Below, one piece after another: positions 34,212-44,400 of a stretch of DNA of 64,000 nucleotides. The notes beneath the pieces are model-generated. The model did not search any database and was not told where the DNA came from. It saw nothing but the letters and a program-made list of their open reading frames with translations. How positions within the stretch are numbered: the stretch's first letter is position 1; each line of letters opens with the position of its first letter. The stretch is from positions 58 through 64,057 of the forward strand of contig WFNM01000021.1 in NCBI GenBank assembly GCA_015488615.1. Reading direction: 5' to 3'. This stretch comes from Sulfurimonas sp. GTDB taxonomy: Bacteria; Campylobacterota; Campylobacteria; Campylobacterales; Sulfurimonadaceae. The position numbers were made by a program, and so were the translations under genes.

Positions 34212-36449
34212 ATGAAAATATTTGTAACACTCCTTTTCACACTTCTTTTTTCTCTCCCTCTTTTTTCTCAAACTATAAAACAGATAAACTATAAAGGCCT
34301 GATGCATATTTCAGAACCTGTTGCTCTACGGATGCTTGATTTTGAAGTTGGGGATGATGTTAACAGTAAAATGATTGATGAAGCTATAATTAAGTACTTT
34401 AATCAGGGTTATTTTAATGATATATGGGTGGAGATAGATGCTGGTACTTTAACATTTTTCTTTGTAGAAAAAGCAATTATCTCAAAGATAGAACTCAAGG
34501 GTTGGAAAGAGAATGATCAAGACATTAAAGATAGTGTCATTCAAATTAAAAAAGGTACACTCTATGATGATCAAGTTTTACAAGATGCTAAAAAAAGAAT
34601 TATTGATGCTATTGCAAAAGAGGGAAAGATTGACTCTGTTGTTGAAATTCAAACAGACTACTTAGAAAATGGAAGTGTAAAAGTTACTTTTGTTGTAAAT
34701 GAAGGAGAAGAGATCATTATTAAAAAGCTTAAATACAGTGGTGTGCATGGATTAAATAGTAATGATTTTAATAGTGTTATTGCAAATAAACAACACCAAT
34801 TTATGGGATGGTTTTATGGTCGTAATGATGGGAAAATGTCTCTTCGGGATTTAGAGTATGATCCTTTGCGCATTCGTGATTATTATATGCAACATGGTTA
34901 TTTAGATGCTAAAGTAGCAGCACCTTTCGTTCGTGTGAATTTTAATCACTATATTGCAGATATGAGTTATCAAATTAAAGAGGGTGAAGTATATACAATA
35001 CAAAATGTATCGTTGTCACAATCAAAAAAAGTGATTAATGAAAAAGTTTTAAAACAGTTTGTTTCACTAAAAAAAGGTGAAGTCTTTAATATTAAATCAT
35101 TTCGTGAGGATGCAGAGCGAATTAAGACTATTATTGCAGATAAAGGCTATGCTTTTGTGCAAGTAGTACCAGATCTTAAAAAAAATAAAAAAGATAATAC
35201 AGTTGATGTGATCTATAAAATTACACCAGGTGAAAAGGTTAGAATACATGACGTTCTTATCTCTGGTAATACAAGAACACTTGATAGAGTTATACGACGT
35301 GAACTCTACCTCGGGCCTGGCGATATGTACTCTCTTACTGACCTTAGAGACTCTCGCAATGCTCTTGGCCGTTTAGGTTTCTTTGATGGAGAGACTATAG
35401 AAGAGAAGCGTTTGAATAACCATGAAATGAATTTAATAGTGAAGGTCAAAGAGGCAGCAACTGGAAATGTCCAGTTAGGTGGCGGCTATGGAACATATGG
35501 TGGTATTCTTGTTAGTGTTGGTGTAAATGATAGAAATGTATGGGGTTCTGGTATAAATGTAGGAGTGAAAGCTGAAAAGTCTCAGACTAATGAGTCTTAT
35601 TCATTTAATATTGCAAATCCTAGGCTTAACGATAGTGATTTTAGTGGTAACTTCTCTATTTATCACTCTTTATATGATTATAATGACTATAGTGTTTTAA
35701 CTGATGGTGTTAGTATTGGTACTGGGCATAGATTTTCACGTTTTATTAGTGGGTATATAGGCTATGGATACTCGAAAAATGCTTATGATTTTTCTCATCT
35801 TAGTACAAACTCAACATTAGATAAATTTTATTTACAGCCTTATACTAAAAGTGGTGTAACAATAAGTGCAAAATGGGATAATACAGATGACTTTTATCTT
35901 CCTCGTCAAGGGTTTGAACTCTCTCAAAGTTTTGAGAAAACAGGTATAGGAGCAACAGCAAATTTCTTAAAATCTCGAACAAAGTTTGGAAAGTATACAG
36001 GTCTTGAAAAATCACTTGGGTTTGATGCTATTTTTAGATATAAAGCACGTTTAAATATTATTGTTGATACAGGATTTATTCCACTCGCTGAAAAGTTTTA
36101 TATGGGTGGTATTGGTAGTGTTAGAGGCTATCAGGCCTACTCCCTCTCTCCTACAATAGTTGATGATAAAGGTGTCGTTCGTCGTATAGGTGGAGAAAAA
36201 ACTTTTTCTAACTCGATTGAGCTTAGTATGCCTCTCATTCCAAAAGCAAAGATGCGTATAGTAACCTTTATAGATTGGGGATTTATTGGTGATAGTTCTA
36301 TCACTGATATATCTCGTGGTGGTTATGGTGCAGGTCTAGAGTGGTTTTCTCCAGTTGGACCTATTCAGCTAATGTTTGCAAAACCACTCAATGCACAGCC
36401 AGGTGACAAATTATCAAGCTTTGAGTTTACTATGGGACAGAGATTTTAA
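34212..36449 (+). CDS. bamA: Outer membrane protein assembly factor BamA
   Basis: POTRA repeats, GNTRTLDRVIRRE, SVRGY, WFSPVGP, C-terminal F. Confidence 0.95.
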   Translation: MKIFVTLLFTLLFSLPLFSQTIKQINYKGLMHISEPVALRMLDFEVGDDVNSKMIDEAIIKYFNQGYFNDIWVEIDAGTLTFFFVEKAIISKIELKGWKENDQDIKDSVIQIKKGTLYDDQVLQDAKKRIIDAIAKEGKIDSVVEIQTDYLENGSVKVTFVVNEGEEIIIKKLKYSGVHGLNSNDFNSVIANKQHQFMGWFYGRNDGKMSLRDLEYDPLRIRDYYMQHGYLDAKVAAPFVRVNFNHYIADMSYQIKEGEVYTIQNVSLSQSKKVINEKVLKQFVSLKKGEVFNIKSFREDAERIKTIIADKGYAFVQVVPDLKKNKKDNTVDVIYKITPGEKVRIHDVLISGNTRTLDRVIRRELYLGPGDMYSLTDLRDSRNALGRLGFFDGETIEEKRLNNHEMNLIVKVKEAATGNVQLGGGYGTYGGILVSVGVNDRNVWGSGINVGVKAEKSQTNESYSFNIANPRLNDSDFSGNFSIYHSLYDYNDYSVLTDGVSIGTGHRFSRFISGYIGYGYSKNAYDFSHLSTNSTLDKFYLQPYTKSGVTISAKWDNTDDFYLPRQGFELSQSFEKTGIGATANFLKSRTKFGKYTGLEKSLGFDAIFRYKARLNIIVDTGFIPLAEKFYMGGIGSVRGYQAYSLSPTIVDDKGVVRRIGGEKTFSNSIELSMPLIPKAKMRIVTFIDWGFIGDSSITDISRGGYGAGLEWFSPVGPIQLMFAKPLNAQPGDKLSSFEFTMGQRF

Positions 36450-36474
36450 GAAAGAATCTCTTATTCCCTCTTGC

Positions 36475-37944
36475 TTAGCTAAAAGAGACCTGCAACTTCT
36501 TAGTAGGGAGTGCAAGTTTTTCTACTGCATCTTTTACAATATATAAATTATTCTCAGAACTTACTTCTAACACACCATCTTTAAGGAATAGGTCAAAATC
36601 AATATTTCGAGGTCTATGACTTAGAAGAGAGATACTCAGTGAAAGTAAATAGCTAAGAAACTCTGTTGTTTCTGGATTGGGAAGAAGCATCTTATACTTT
36701 TCAAGATGAGAAGATGCAGGAAGTTTGTTTTTTGCATACTTAGAGAGTGTAGCTATAAGTGTTATACTCTTATGTGAAAATCCATACTCTAAGGCATTTT
36801 GAATGAGATAATAAGTATGCTTATTCTGTGAAAAAAAGTGTAGACTACTTCCTGTTGGATAAAGTTTTGCAGCGAGAGCTAACTCGTATCTAAAGTGCTT
36901 ATCTATCTCAAAGTACTCGGATGTAAGATCAAAAAGTTTTTTACTGAGTATAGTGAGTTGTGTAGAAAAAGAAATATTAGAAATATGTGCATCTAATAAG
37001 TACTTTACAGAAGTGTTATAATTGTGTGGAAATTTATCTTTGTTATTGCGAAGTAAGTCAGCAAGATAAACACCTTCACGTACTCCTACCCCGCTAGTGA
37101 TGATTGAAGAAAGGGTAATTCGTTTTAGTAAACGCTGAAGTATAAGTGTACCAGGCTTAATAACATCAAAGCGGTTTTCCTTAATGCCAAGAGCAAGTAA
37201 CTCTTCGTTACTCTGTGCTTTTAATAGTGTATCTATATACTCAATAAATATTGCAGGGGAGACTTCATATCCATGAATTTTATTAAGAGGGTAGCCTTCC
37301 CTTTGCATAATAGCAGTAGTAATAGCACGAAAAGTACCACCAATACCCATAAGTGTCGTTATGTTTTGTACTTTTAAAATATCAAGTTGTGTATCAATAT
37401 ATTTTATGGCACCCTCTAAGTCTTCTGTTTCATAGAAAAGTTCTTTTAGGCGGACTGTCCCAAGTTTGAGTGAGAGGGTATCAGTAACACTCTCGTTGTT
37501 AATGATAGAGAACTCCGTCGAGCCACCGCCAATATCGACAGTAAGTGCATTGTTTTGCTTCTCCAAAAGGTTGGCACAAGCGATACCACCGAAGTAAGCC
37601 TCTTTCTCTCCACTAATGATTTTAATGTTTATTTTGAGTTTTTCTTTTACTTTTTGAATAAACACTTTTTTATTTGGAGCATCACGAAGAGCAGAAGTCG
37701 CGACACAGAGGAGTTTTCTTACTTTAAAAGATTGGCAAATAGTAAGAAAATTTGCTAGTGCATCAAATGTGCGTGCCATAGGCTCTGCTTGAAGATTACC
37801 CTCAAACTTATAAGCATTTTGAGAGATTCTTGCCTTACTCCTCTCTTCATGTAGAAGATGAAAAGCATAACGAGAAGTTTTCTCGTACACAACCATTCTA
37901 ACAGAGTTAGAGCCTATATCAATGACACCAACTCGCTTTGCCAA
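36475..37944 (-). CDS. ppx: Ppx/GppA phosphatase
   Basis: IDIGSNSVR, ATSALRDA, DIGGGSTE, GVREG. Confidence 0.9.
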   Translation of the reverse strand: MAKRVGVIDIGSNSVRMVVYEKTSRYAFHLLHEERSKARISQNAYKFEGNLQAEPMARTFDALANFLTICQSFKVRKLLCVATSALRDAPNKKVFIQKVKEKLKINIKIISGEKEAYFGGIACANLLEKQNNALTVDIGGGSTEFSIINNESVTDTLSLKLGTVRLKELFYETEDLEGAIKYIDTQLDILKVQNITTLMGIGGTFRAITTAIMQREGYPLNKIHGYEVSPAIFIEYIDTLLKAQSNEELLALGIKENRFDVIKPGTLILQRLLKRITLSSIITSGVGVREGVYLADLLRNNKDKFPHNYNTSVKYLLDAHISNISFSTQLTILSKKLFDLTSEYFEIDKHFRYELALAAKLYPTGSSLHFFSQNKHTYYLIQNALEYGFSHKSITLIATLSKYAKNKLPASSHLEKYKMLLPNPETTEFLSYLLSLSISLLSHRPRNIDFDLFLKDGVLEVSSENNLYIVKDAVEKLALPTKKLQVSFS

Positions 37945-37948
37945 TACC

Positions 37949-38200
37949 TTACTCTTCCATATCTAAGTTTTTTGCTTTAAACTGAAGCTCTGCTATGGAT
38001 TCAACATTGTCTTTATCTGGGACTATACAGTCAACAGGACAGACAGAGATACATGCAGGTTCGTCATAGATACCTACACACTCAGTACAACGATCTGGAT
38101 CGATATAGTAGATGGGATCTCCTTCCTCTATAGCTATCGTTGGACACTCTTCTCTACAAGCATCACATGCTATACATTCATCATTTATTATTAGTGCCAT
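37949..38200 (-). CDS. 2[4Fe-4S] ferredoxin (YfhL-like)
   Basis: CIACDACREECP and CTECVG...CISVCPVDC. Confidence 0.92.
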   Translation of the reverse strand: MALIINDECIACDACREECPTIAIEEGDPIYYIDPDRCTECVGIYDEPACISVCPVDCIVPDKDNVESIAELQFKAKNLDMEE

Positions 38201-38280
38201 TAAAAAACCTTATATTTTATAGTTATTATTTCTAGTGTCCGATTTATAGCAAAATAAAGCTTCAGTATTTTTTAAATAGC

Positions 38281-39582
38281 CTAGTTATGTCGAGGAATAA
38301 TGCAAGATAGTTTTGAGTTGAGTTGTAAAGAGGCAATAGTACCATCAATTCCATCTTTACGGTTTTTAAGTTCTATTTTTGCACCAAGTGCATCTGCAGC
38401 ACTTTTTGCAAGAAAAAGACCTAGTCCGACACCTTGTTTATTTCCCTGGCGTTTAAAAGGAGCAAAAAGATCTACACTGTCATCTATTCCGCACCCTTCA
38501 TCAATAACTTCTATTATAAGACCATAGTCACCTTGATAACTCTTGAGTGTAACTGATTTTTCTTTTGGTGTGAATTTTAGAGCATTTTGTAAAAAGTTTT
38601 GTATTATTTGGTTGAGGAGGCTTACTTGTAATGTAGCCATATATCCATTAGGCTCAAAATTCATATGTAACTCTTTGCCCTCATGGCTTGCAAGAAGTTT
38701 AAAGTCATCTGCTTTTTGTCTGAGAATAGCTATTACATCTACCTCTACAGGTTTATCTAACTGTGCTCCCTCTTGGCGACCTATATTTAAGATATTAGAA
38801 ACAATAATATTCATCTCATCTATCGTTTTATTTGTTACATTTAATGCTTCTATATACTCCTCTGGGGAGCGTTTTTTTATAAGTGTTACTTGATTCTTAA
38901 GCTTTATGACTGCGAGCGGAGTTTTAAGCTCATGAGCAGTACCTATAAAAAGTTCTTTCTGATACTTTACAAAGTTTTGAATACGAGCTATAAGGTGGTT
39001 AATAGTATCACCAAGAGGTTCAAACTCCTTTGGTAGTGCTTTTGTATTGATTGGCTTTATAAGATGCTCATTCATATTTGAGAGCTTTGCATTCAATATT
39101 TTGAGTGGTTTAACAAGCATCTTCGAGAGGGTAATTGCATAAATAAGCACAAGAATAGAGCTAGCAATATTTATGATAAATATATATTTTAATATTTTAC
39201 GAAGTAGCTTTTTTGTCTGAGTTATTTTTTTACTTACTTTGAGATAAATACCTTCTTTAGCATTAAAAGGGTAAATGAGTGTCAGATATGTATTCTTACC
39301 TATAGTAGTTTCATAACTAGATATTTGAATATTTGGATTTTGAATGTTTACTACTTCAATGTTGAGAGAGGGTGTATTTCCTGTCATTAATTCTTCTTGT
39401 TGATAAATCGATTTGTAATTAGTAATATTTTGTGCATAGTGCTCAAGTTCAAGACTTTTATCATCAAGAATTGATTTTTCAATAAAAAAATAGAGTATAG
39501 AAGAGAATATTAAAATTAAAGAGATAGAAGAGATAAGGAGTTGAATAAGAAAATTTTTGCGAATACTGCGATTAAAAAACAT
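38281..39582 (-). CDS. Sensor histidine kinase (HAMP, HisKA, HATPase)
   Basis: Two TMs, AHELKTPL, NALKF, DEGCG, GLGL. Confidence 0.92.
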   Translation of the reverse strand: MFFNRSIRKNFLIQLLISSISLILIFSSILYFFIEKSILDDKSLELEHYAQNITNYKSIYQQEELMTGNTPSLNIEVVNIQNPNIQISSYETTIGKNTYLTLIYPFNAKEGIYLKVSKKITQTKKLLRKILKYIFIINIASSILVLIYAITLSKMLVKPLKILNAKLSNMNEHLIKPINTKALPKEFEPLGDTINHLIARIQNFVKYQKELFIGTAHELKTPLAVIKLKNQVTLIKKRSPEEYIEALNVTNKTIDEMNIIVSNILNIGRQEGAQLDKPVEVDVIAILRQKADDFKLLASHEGKELHMNFEPNGYMATLQVSLLNQIIQNFLQNALKFTPKEKSVTLKSYQGDYGLIIEVIDEGCGIDDSVDLFAPFKRQGNKQGVGLGLFLAKSAADALGAKIELKNRKDGIDGTIASLQLNSKLSCIIPRHN

Positions 39583-39644
39583 AATGTACCTTTACAATAG
39601 TATATATAGCATTATAACTGAAGTAAATGTATTAGTAAAAGAGA

Positions 39645-39664
39645 TTCACCCATAAAAGGGTGAA
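39645..39664 (-). terminator. Terminator-like hairpin after hsrA
   Basis: Minus strand TTCACCC-TTTTAT-GGGTGAA followed by TCTCTTTT. Confidence 0.6.
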
Positions 39665-39669
39665 AAAGA

Positions 39670-40344
39670 TTAGTTGAGTTCTTTAGGGAAACAGAATCTA
39701 TAACCACGACGACGTACAGTCTCGATAGTTGTTATATTTAATGGCTTATCCATTTTTTGTCTAATCTGATTGATCGCAACTTCGATTACATTTGGAGTAA
39801 CGAGCTCTGGCTCTTCCCAAATAGCATCAAGAAGTTGTTCTTTAGAAACGATTTGATCGCGATGACGTGCAAGATGAGTGAGAACTTCAAAAGGTTTACC
39901 CTTAAGCTCTATCTCTTTCTCTTTGTAAGTGATTTTTTCTTCTTCAGGATTGATAGTTAAGTCTTCAATTTCGATGATATTTGATCCACCAAAACGAAGT
40001 TGTGCTTCTATTCTAGCTATTAGAACATCAAAATCAAATGGTTTTCTGATATAATCATCAGCACCAGAACGAAGAGCTTCTATTTCACTTTGACTATCAT
40101 CACGAGCAGAAATAACAACGATCTTAGTCTTAGGAGTTTTAGACTTAATATCACCAATAATATCAACTGAGTTACCATCCGGTAACATCCAATCCATAAG
40201 TACTAAATCGTAGTTACGAATATCAAGATAGTATTCACCATCTTTAAGGTTCTCAACTACATCACTTTGGTAACCGAACTCTTTGAGCCCTTCAGCAAGC
40301 ATTTTGTTTAATGTAACTTCATCTTCAATAATAAGAATACGCAT
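39670..40344 (-). CDS. hsrA: OmpR-family homeostatic response regulator HsrA/CosR
   Basis: YYLDIRNYDLVL, LKGKPFEVLTHLARHRDQIVSKEQLLDAIWEEPE, TVRRRGYRFC. Confidence 0.92.
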   Translation of the reverse strand: MRILIIEDEVTLNKMLAEGLKEFGYQSDVVENLKDGEYYLDIRNYDLVLMDWMLPDGNSVDIIGDIKSKTPKTKIVVISARDDSQSEIEALRSGADDYIRKPFDFDVLIARIEAQLRFGGSNIIEIEDLTINPEEEKITYKEKEIELKGKPFEVLTHLARHRDQIVSKEQLLDAIWEEPELVTPNVIEVAINQIRQKMDKPLNITTIETVRRRGYRFCFPKELN

Positions 40345-40444
40345 TAATAATTTCCTAGTAAGTAAATATTTTCGGAATGATAGCGTAATTTTAGGTTACT
40401 TTAAAGTTTTTTTCAATTTTCTTTAAAAAAAAGTGAAGATTGGA

Positions 40445-40774
40445 TTAAGAATTGAAGTTGTAATTTTCACTTAAACTGACCTTGCAGTCAGGCATGATAG
40501 ATGGTTTTGTGATTTTTAAATAAAGTTTTTCAATTATGAAAAAATCTTTTTTTAGTGTCGAGGAAAGAACTGATAATGCATCTTCAAGGAGCAAGAATTT
40601 TTTCTCTTGCATAGTGGACTTTACAGATGCAGAGACATCCGCATAGTTTATAAAATCATTTTTATAGGTATAGTCTATCATAAGGTTAACAATGATATCT
40701 TGAGGAATGGTGCGTTCAAAATCTAAAATTCCAATAATAGCCTGGAACTTTAAATCTTCGATATGTATAATCAC
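40445..40774 (-). CDS. folB: Dihydroneopterin aldolase
   Basis: IIGILDFER..PQ, INYA, LLE, ITKP. Confidence 0.85.
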   Translation of the reverse strand: MIIHIEDLKFQAIIGILDFERTIPQDIIVNLMIDYTYKNDFINYADVSASVKSTMQEKKFLLLEDALSVLSSTLKKDFFIIEKLYLKITKPSIMPDCKVSLSENYNFNS

Positions 40775-41388
40775 TATATTACGGCTTTTTCTTGACCACT
40801 AAAGAGGCGAACAATGTTAGGAATATGTTTGTAAAAAAGGATAACAACTATAAGAACGATAGGAGCATGAGCTATTGCAGGATGAATATAAAAGCTAGAA
40901 ATTAGGAGCGCCAAAACACCTGTAAGTGAAGAGACTGAAGAGATTTTAACTGTTTTAGCAAGTACTGCCCAAACAACAAGTGCAATAAGTGTTTCTTGTG
41001 GTAACATGAACATCATAACACCCATACTAGTAGCAATACCCTTACCACCGTTTAAGCCTAAATAAGGAGAGAAACAGTGACCAAGAACTGCTAGAAGTGC
41101 AATACCCCAAAGTGTAGCTTCACTCAGACCCATGAAATAAGCGACTAGAAGAACTGCGACACCTTTAAGTGCATCAAGTGCAAGTGTTGCAATACCGAGT
41201 TTCTTCGCTAACGCAGGGTTACTCTCTTTGACAACACGAAGAACGTTAGTCGCACCTATACTTCCACTACCACTTGCTTTGACATCTACACCAGCAAATT
41301 TTTTCGCTAAAAGTAGACCAAAAGGAATACCACCTATTAAGTATGCAGCTATATAAAACTGTACATTTGTGTTCAATAAAAAGTCCAT
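40774..41388 (-). CDS. plsY: Glycerol-3-phosphate acyltransferase PlsY
   Basis: GSGSIGATNVLR, DALKG, GHCFS...GGKGIAT, HIPNI. Confidence 0.95.
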   Translation of the reverse strand: MDFLLNTNVQFYIAAYLIGGIPFGLLLAKKFAGVDVKASGSGSIGATNVLRVVKESNPALAKKLGIATLALDALKGVAVLLVAYFMGLSEATLWGIALLAVLGHCFSPYLGLNGGKGIATSMGVMMFMLPQETLIALVVWAVLAKTVKISSVSSLTGVLALLISSFYIHPAIAHAPIVLIVVILFYKHIPNIVRLFSGQEKAVI

Positions 41389-41493
41389 AAAAATCCTTAT
41401 TATATTTTATGATGACATTTTACCTTCTCTATATTAATAAGTAGCTAAAATTTTTTGGTATAATCACATCAATAATATATTGAGGACAATTTT

Positions 41494-42492
41494 GTGCAGT
41501 TTACTAATGAAGAATTAAAAATAAAAATAGATGAATTAAAAGAGAAGTTAGATGTAACAGTTGTCGCTCACTTCTACCAACGTGATGAAGTTTTTGAGGT
41601 TGGCGATATTACAGGTGACTCTTTAGAACTTGCTATGAAAACAAAAGCAGATGATGCTGAGTTTGTACTCTTTTGTGGTGTTGGTTTTATGGGACAGAGT
41701 GTAAAAGTGCTCTCTCCTCATAAGCGTGTAGTGATGCCTAAGGTCGCTTGCTGTGCCATGGCAAAGATGATAGATGGACTAATGTTTGATAATGCTGTAA
41801 AGGCTTTAAATGAAGCTGGCATAGAGAATGAAAATATTTTACCTATCACTTATATCAACTCCGATGTAGTGGTAAAAGCAAAAGTTGGTGCGATGGGTGG
41901 ACTTGTTTGTACTAGCTCAAACGCCAAGACAATCATTACTACTGCACTTAAAGAGGGCAAGAAGATTCTTTTTGTTCCAGATAGATGTTTAGGTCAAAAT
42001 ATCGCAAATCAGATGGGGCTAAAATCTTGTGTAATAGGCGATGGCAGTGACTTGAGTGAGTCTGACATCATCTGTTTTGATGGTTTCTGCTCTGTTCACC
42101 AACTCTTTACTCTTGATGATATTAAGTTCTATCGTAAAAAATTCCCAGGAATTTTAATAGCGACTCACCCTGAGTGCGACCCAGCTATCTGTGATGCAAG
42201 TGACTTTGTAGGTTCTACTTCTCAGCTTATAAATTATATAGCAGACTTAGATGAAGATCAAAAAGTAGCGGTTGGAACTGAGTTTAACATGGTAAATCGT
42301 CTTCGTACTAAAAACACTTATGTTCTCAGCTCCACAAAACCAGAGTGTCCTACTATGAATGAAACAACTCTCGAAGATGTTTATGTCACACTTAAGGCAA
42401 TAGAAGATGGTGAGCCTATCAATGAGATTTTTATAGATGAAGATACTCAAAAATGGGCGAAGATAGCATTAGAGAGAATGTTGGCATTATGA
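41494..42492 (+). CDS. nadA: Quinolinate synthase
   Basis: AHFYQR, GDSLEL, YINS, CTSSNA, CSVH, HPEC, GSTS. Confidence 0.95.
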   Translation: MQFTNEELKIKIDELKEKLDVTVVAHFYQRDEVFEVGDITGDSLELAMKTKADDAEFVLFCGVGFMGQSVKVLSPHKRVVMPKVACCAMAKMIDGLMFDNAVKALNEAGIENENILPITYINSDVVVKAKVGAMGGLVCTSSNAKTIITTALKEGKKILFVPDRCLGQNIANQMGLKSCVIGDGSDLSESDIICFDGFCSVHQLFTLDDIKFYRKKFPGILIATHPECDPAICDASDFVGSTSQLINYIADLDEDQKVAVGTEFNMVNRLRTKNTYVLSSTKPECPTMNETTLEDVYVTLKAIEDGEPINEIFIDEDTQKWAKIALERMLAL

Positions 42493-43304
42493 TAGAAAGA
42501 TTTGTAAGAGAAACACTTGCTGAAGATGTTGGTCGTGGGGACTTATATGCTCTTGTTGAACCCGCTGTAAACGCCAGTGCAAAAATAATTGCTAAAAGTG
42601 ATGGTGTAGTTGCAGGTGTAAAGTACATAGATGTCTTAGCATCGCAAGAGAAGTTTGAAATCACTTGGATAAAAACTGATGGTGCAAGCTTTTTTAAAGG
42701 TGATTTACTCGCAACTCTAAACGCGGACTCTCATACACTTCTTAGATGTGAGAGAACAGTCTTGGATATGCTTCTTCATGCAAGTTCTATCGCAACTCTT
42801 ACAAGAAAATATGTAGAACTCATAGAACCTTTTGGTGTGAAACTTTTAGACACAAGAAAAACAAGACCACTTTTAAGAGTTTTTGAAAAGTATGCTACAA
42901 GAACAGGTGGAGCAGTCAATCATAGAATGGGTCTTGATGACTCACTTATGATAAAAGATACACATCTGAAAACTATAAAAGATTTAAAAGCTTATATAAC
43001 CCAAGCAAGAAAAAAGATACCATTTACAGCTAAGATAGAAGTAGAAGCAGAAACTTTCGAGATAGCAAAGATGGCGTTTAAAGCAGAGTGCGACATCGTG
43101 ATGTGTGACAATATGACTCCAGAACAGATAAAAGAGATAGTGGCATTTAGAGATGAACACTATCCTCATATACTTCTTGAAGCGAGTGGAAATATCTCCT
43201 TAGAAACTATAGAAGCTTATGCAAAGTCTGGAGTAGATGCCATAAGCTCAGGCTCACTCATCCATCAAGCTAACTGGATTGATTTGTCTATGAAAATTGA
43301 CTAA
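42489..43304 (+). CDS. nadC: Nicotinate-nucleotide pyrophosphorylase (carboxylating)
   Basis: DTRKTRP, NHRMGLDD, IKDTH, EASGNI; ATGA overlap with the nadA stop. Confidence 0.95.
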   Translation: MIERFVRETLAEDVGRGDLYALVEPAVNASAKIIAKSDGVVAGVKYIDVLASQEKFEITWIKTDGASFFKGDLLATLNADSHTLLRCERTVLDMLLHASSIATLTRKYVELIEPFGVKLLDTRKTRPLLRVFEKYATRTGGAVNHRMGLDDSLMIKDTHLKTIKDLKAYITQARKKIPFTAKIEVEAETFEIAKMAFKAECDIVMCDNMTPEQIKEIVAFRDEHYPHILLEASGNISLETIEAYAKSGVDAISSGSLIHQANWIDLSMKID

Positions 43305-43323
43305 TTTAGCTAAAGAAATATAA

Positions 43324-44376
43324 ATGGCTGATGATGCTGAAAAGACAGAAGAACCCACCCCTAAGAAGATAGAAGATGCCCGAAAAGAGGGGAATGTCCC
43401 CAAGTCTCAAGATACTTCTGGGGTTATTACTCTTTTTGTAGCAATTTTGGCTATTTTGATGCTTTTTCCTTTTATTGCAAAACACATGTTATTCCTTTCT
43501 CAGTACTATTTTTCTCTTGTTGGTACTCATTTAGATAAACTTTTTATGCTTGATATTGCTATCGTAACCTTTAGAGAGGTGCTCTTAATGGTACTGCCTT
43601 TGGCACTAGCAGTAGCAGTAGCTGGTGTTATCGCAGCACTTGCTCAGTTTGGTTTTCTCTTTACGACAAAGGCAATTATGCCAGATTTTAAAAAGATAGA
43701 CCCGATAAAGGGAACAAAAAATCTATTTAGTATGAAAAAGGTGATAGAGGGAGTAAAGATTACTTTTAAGTCTCATATTACTCTTGGTGTAGGTTTTGTG
43801 TTCTTTTTCATTTTTATTAAAGAATTACCTACTGTAGCTCTTTTTAGTCTTCCTGATCAATTAGGGTGGCTTAAAGATAAGATGATTATCATTGCTCTTG
43901 TGATGCTGCTTGTTATTTTTGTTTTTGCACTTATTGATATTGTAATTGTGAGGAAACAGTACTTTGATGGTCTTAAAATGAGTAAACAAGAGATAAAAGA
44001 TGAGATGAAAAATATGGAGGGAGATCCTCAAATAAAGTCAAAAATCAAGCAAAAGCAAATGGAAATATCTCGCCAACGAATGATGTCAGAAGTTCCAAAT
44101 GCTGATGTAGTTATAACCAACCCAACCCACTATGCTGTTGCTATAAAATATGATCAAGAGAAGCACTATTCCCCAATTGTTATTGCAAAAGGAATGGATA
44201 ACATGGCTCAGCAGATAAAAAAAGTAGCACGTGAAAACAAGGTACATATCATTCAGAATCCTCCACTCGCTCGTTCACTCTATGCTGAAGTGGATGTTGA
44301 TAAGCCCATCCCTGAGGCACTTTTTGGTGCTGTTGCTGAGGTTTTGGCATATGTCTATAAAATGAATAGAAAATAG
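43324..44376 (+). CDS. flhB: Flagellar export protein FlhB
   Basis: EKTEEPTPKK, EGDPQIK, TNPTHYAVA, LARSLY. Confidence 0.95.
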   Translation: MADDAEKTEEPTPKKIEDARKEGNVPKSQDTSGVITLFVAILAILMLFPFIAKHMLFLSQYYFSLVGTHLDKLFMLDIAIVTFREVLLMVLPLALAVAVAGVIAALAQFGFLFTTKAIMPDFKKIDPIKGTKNLFSMKKVIEGVKITFKSHITLGVGFVFFFIFIKELPTVALFSLPDQLGWLKDKMIIIALVMLLVIFVFALIDIVIVRKQYFDGLKMSKQEIKDEMKNMEGDPQIKSKIKQKQMEISRQRMMSEVPNADVVITNPTHYAVAIKYDQEKHYSPIVIAKGMDNMAQQIKKVARENKVHIIQNPPLARSLYAEVDVDKPIPEALFGAVAEVLAYVYKMNRK

Positions 44377-44400
44377 TATATAATTCGCTAAAAAGATAGT

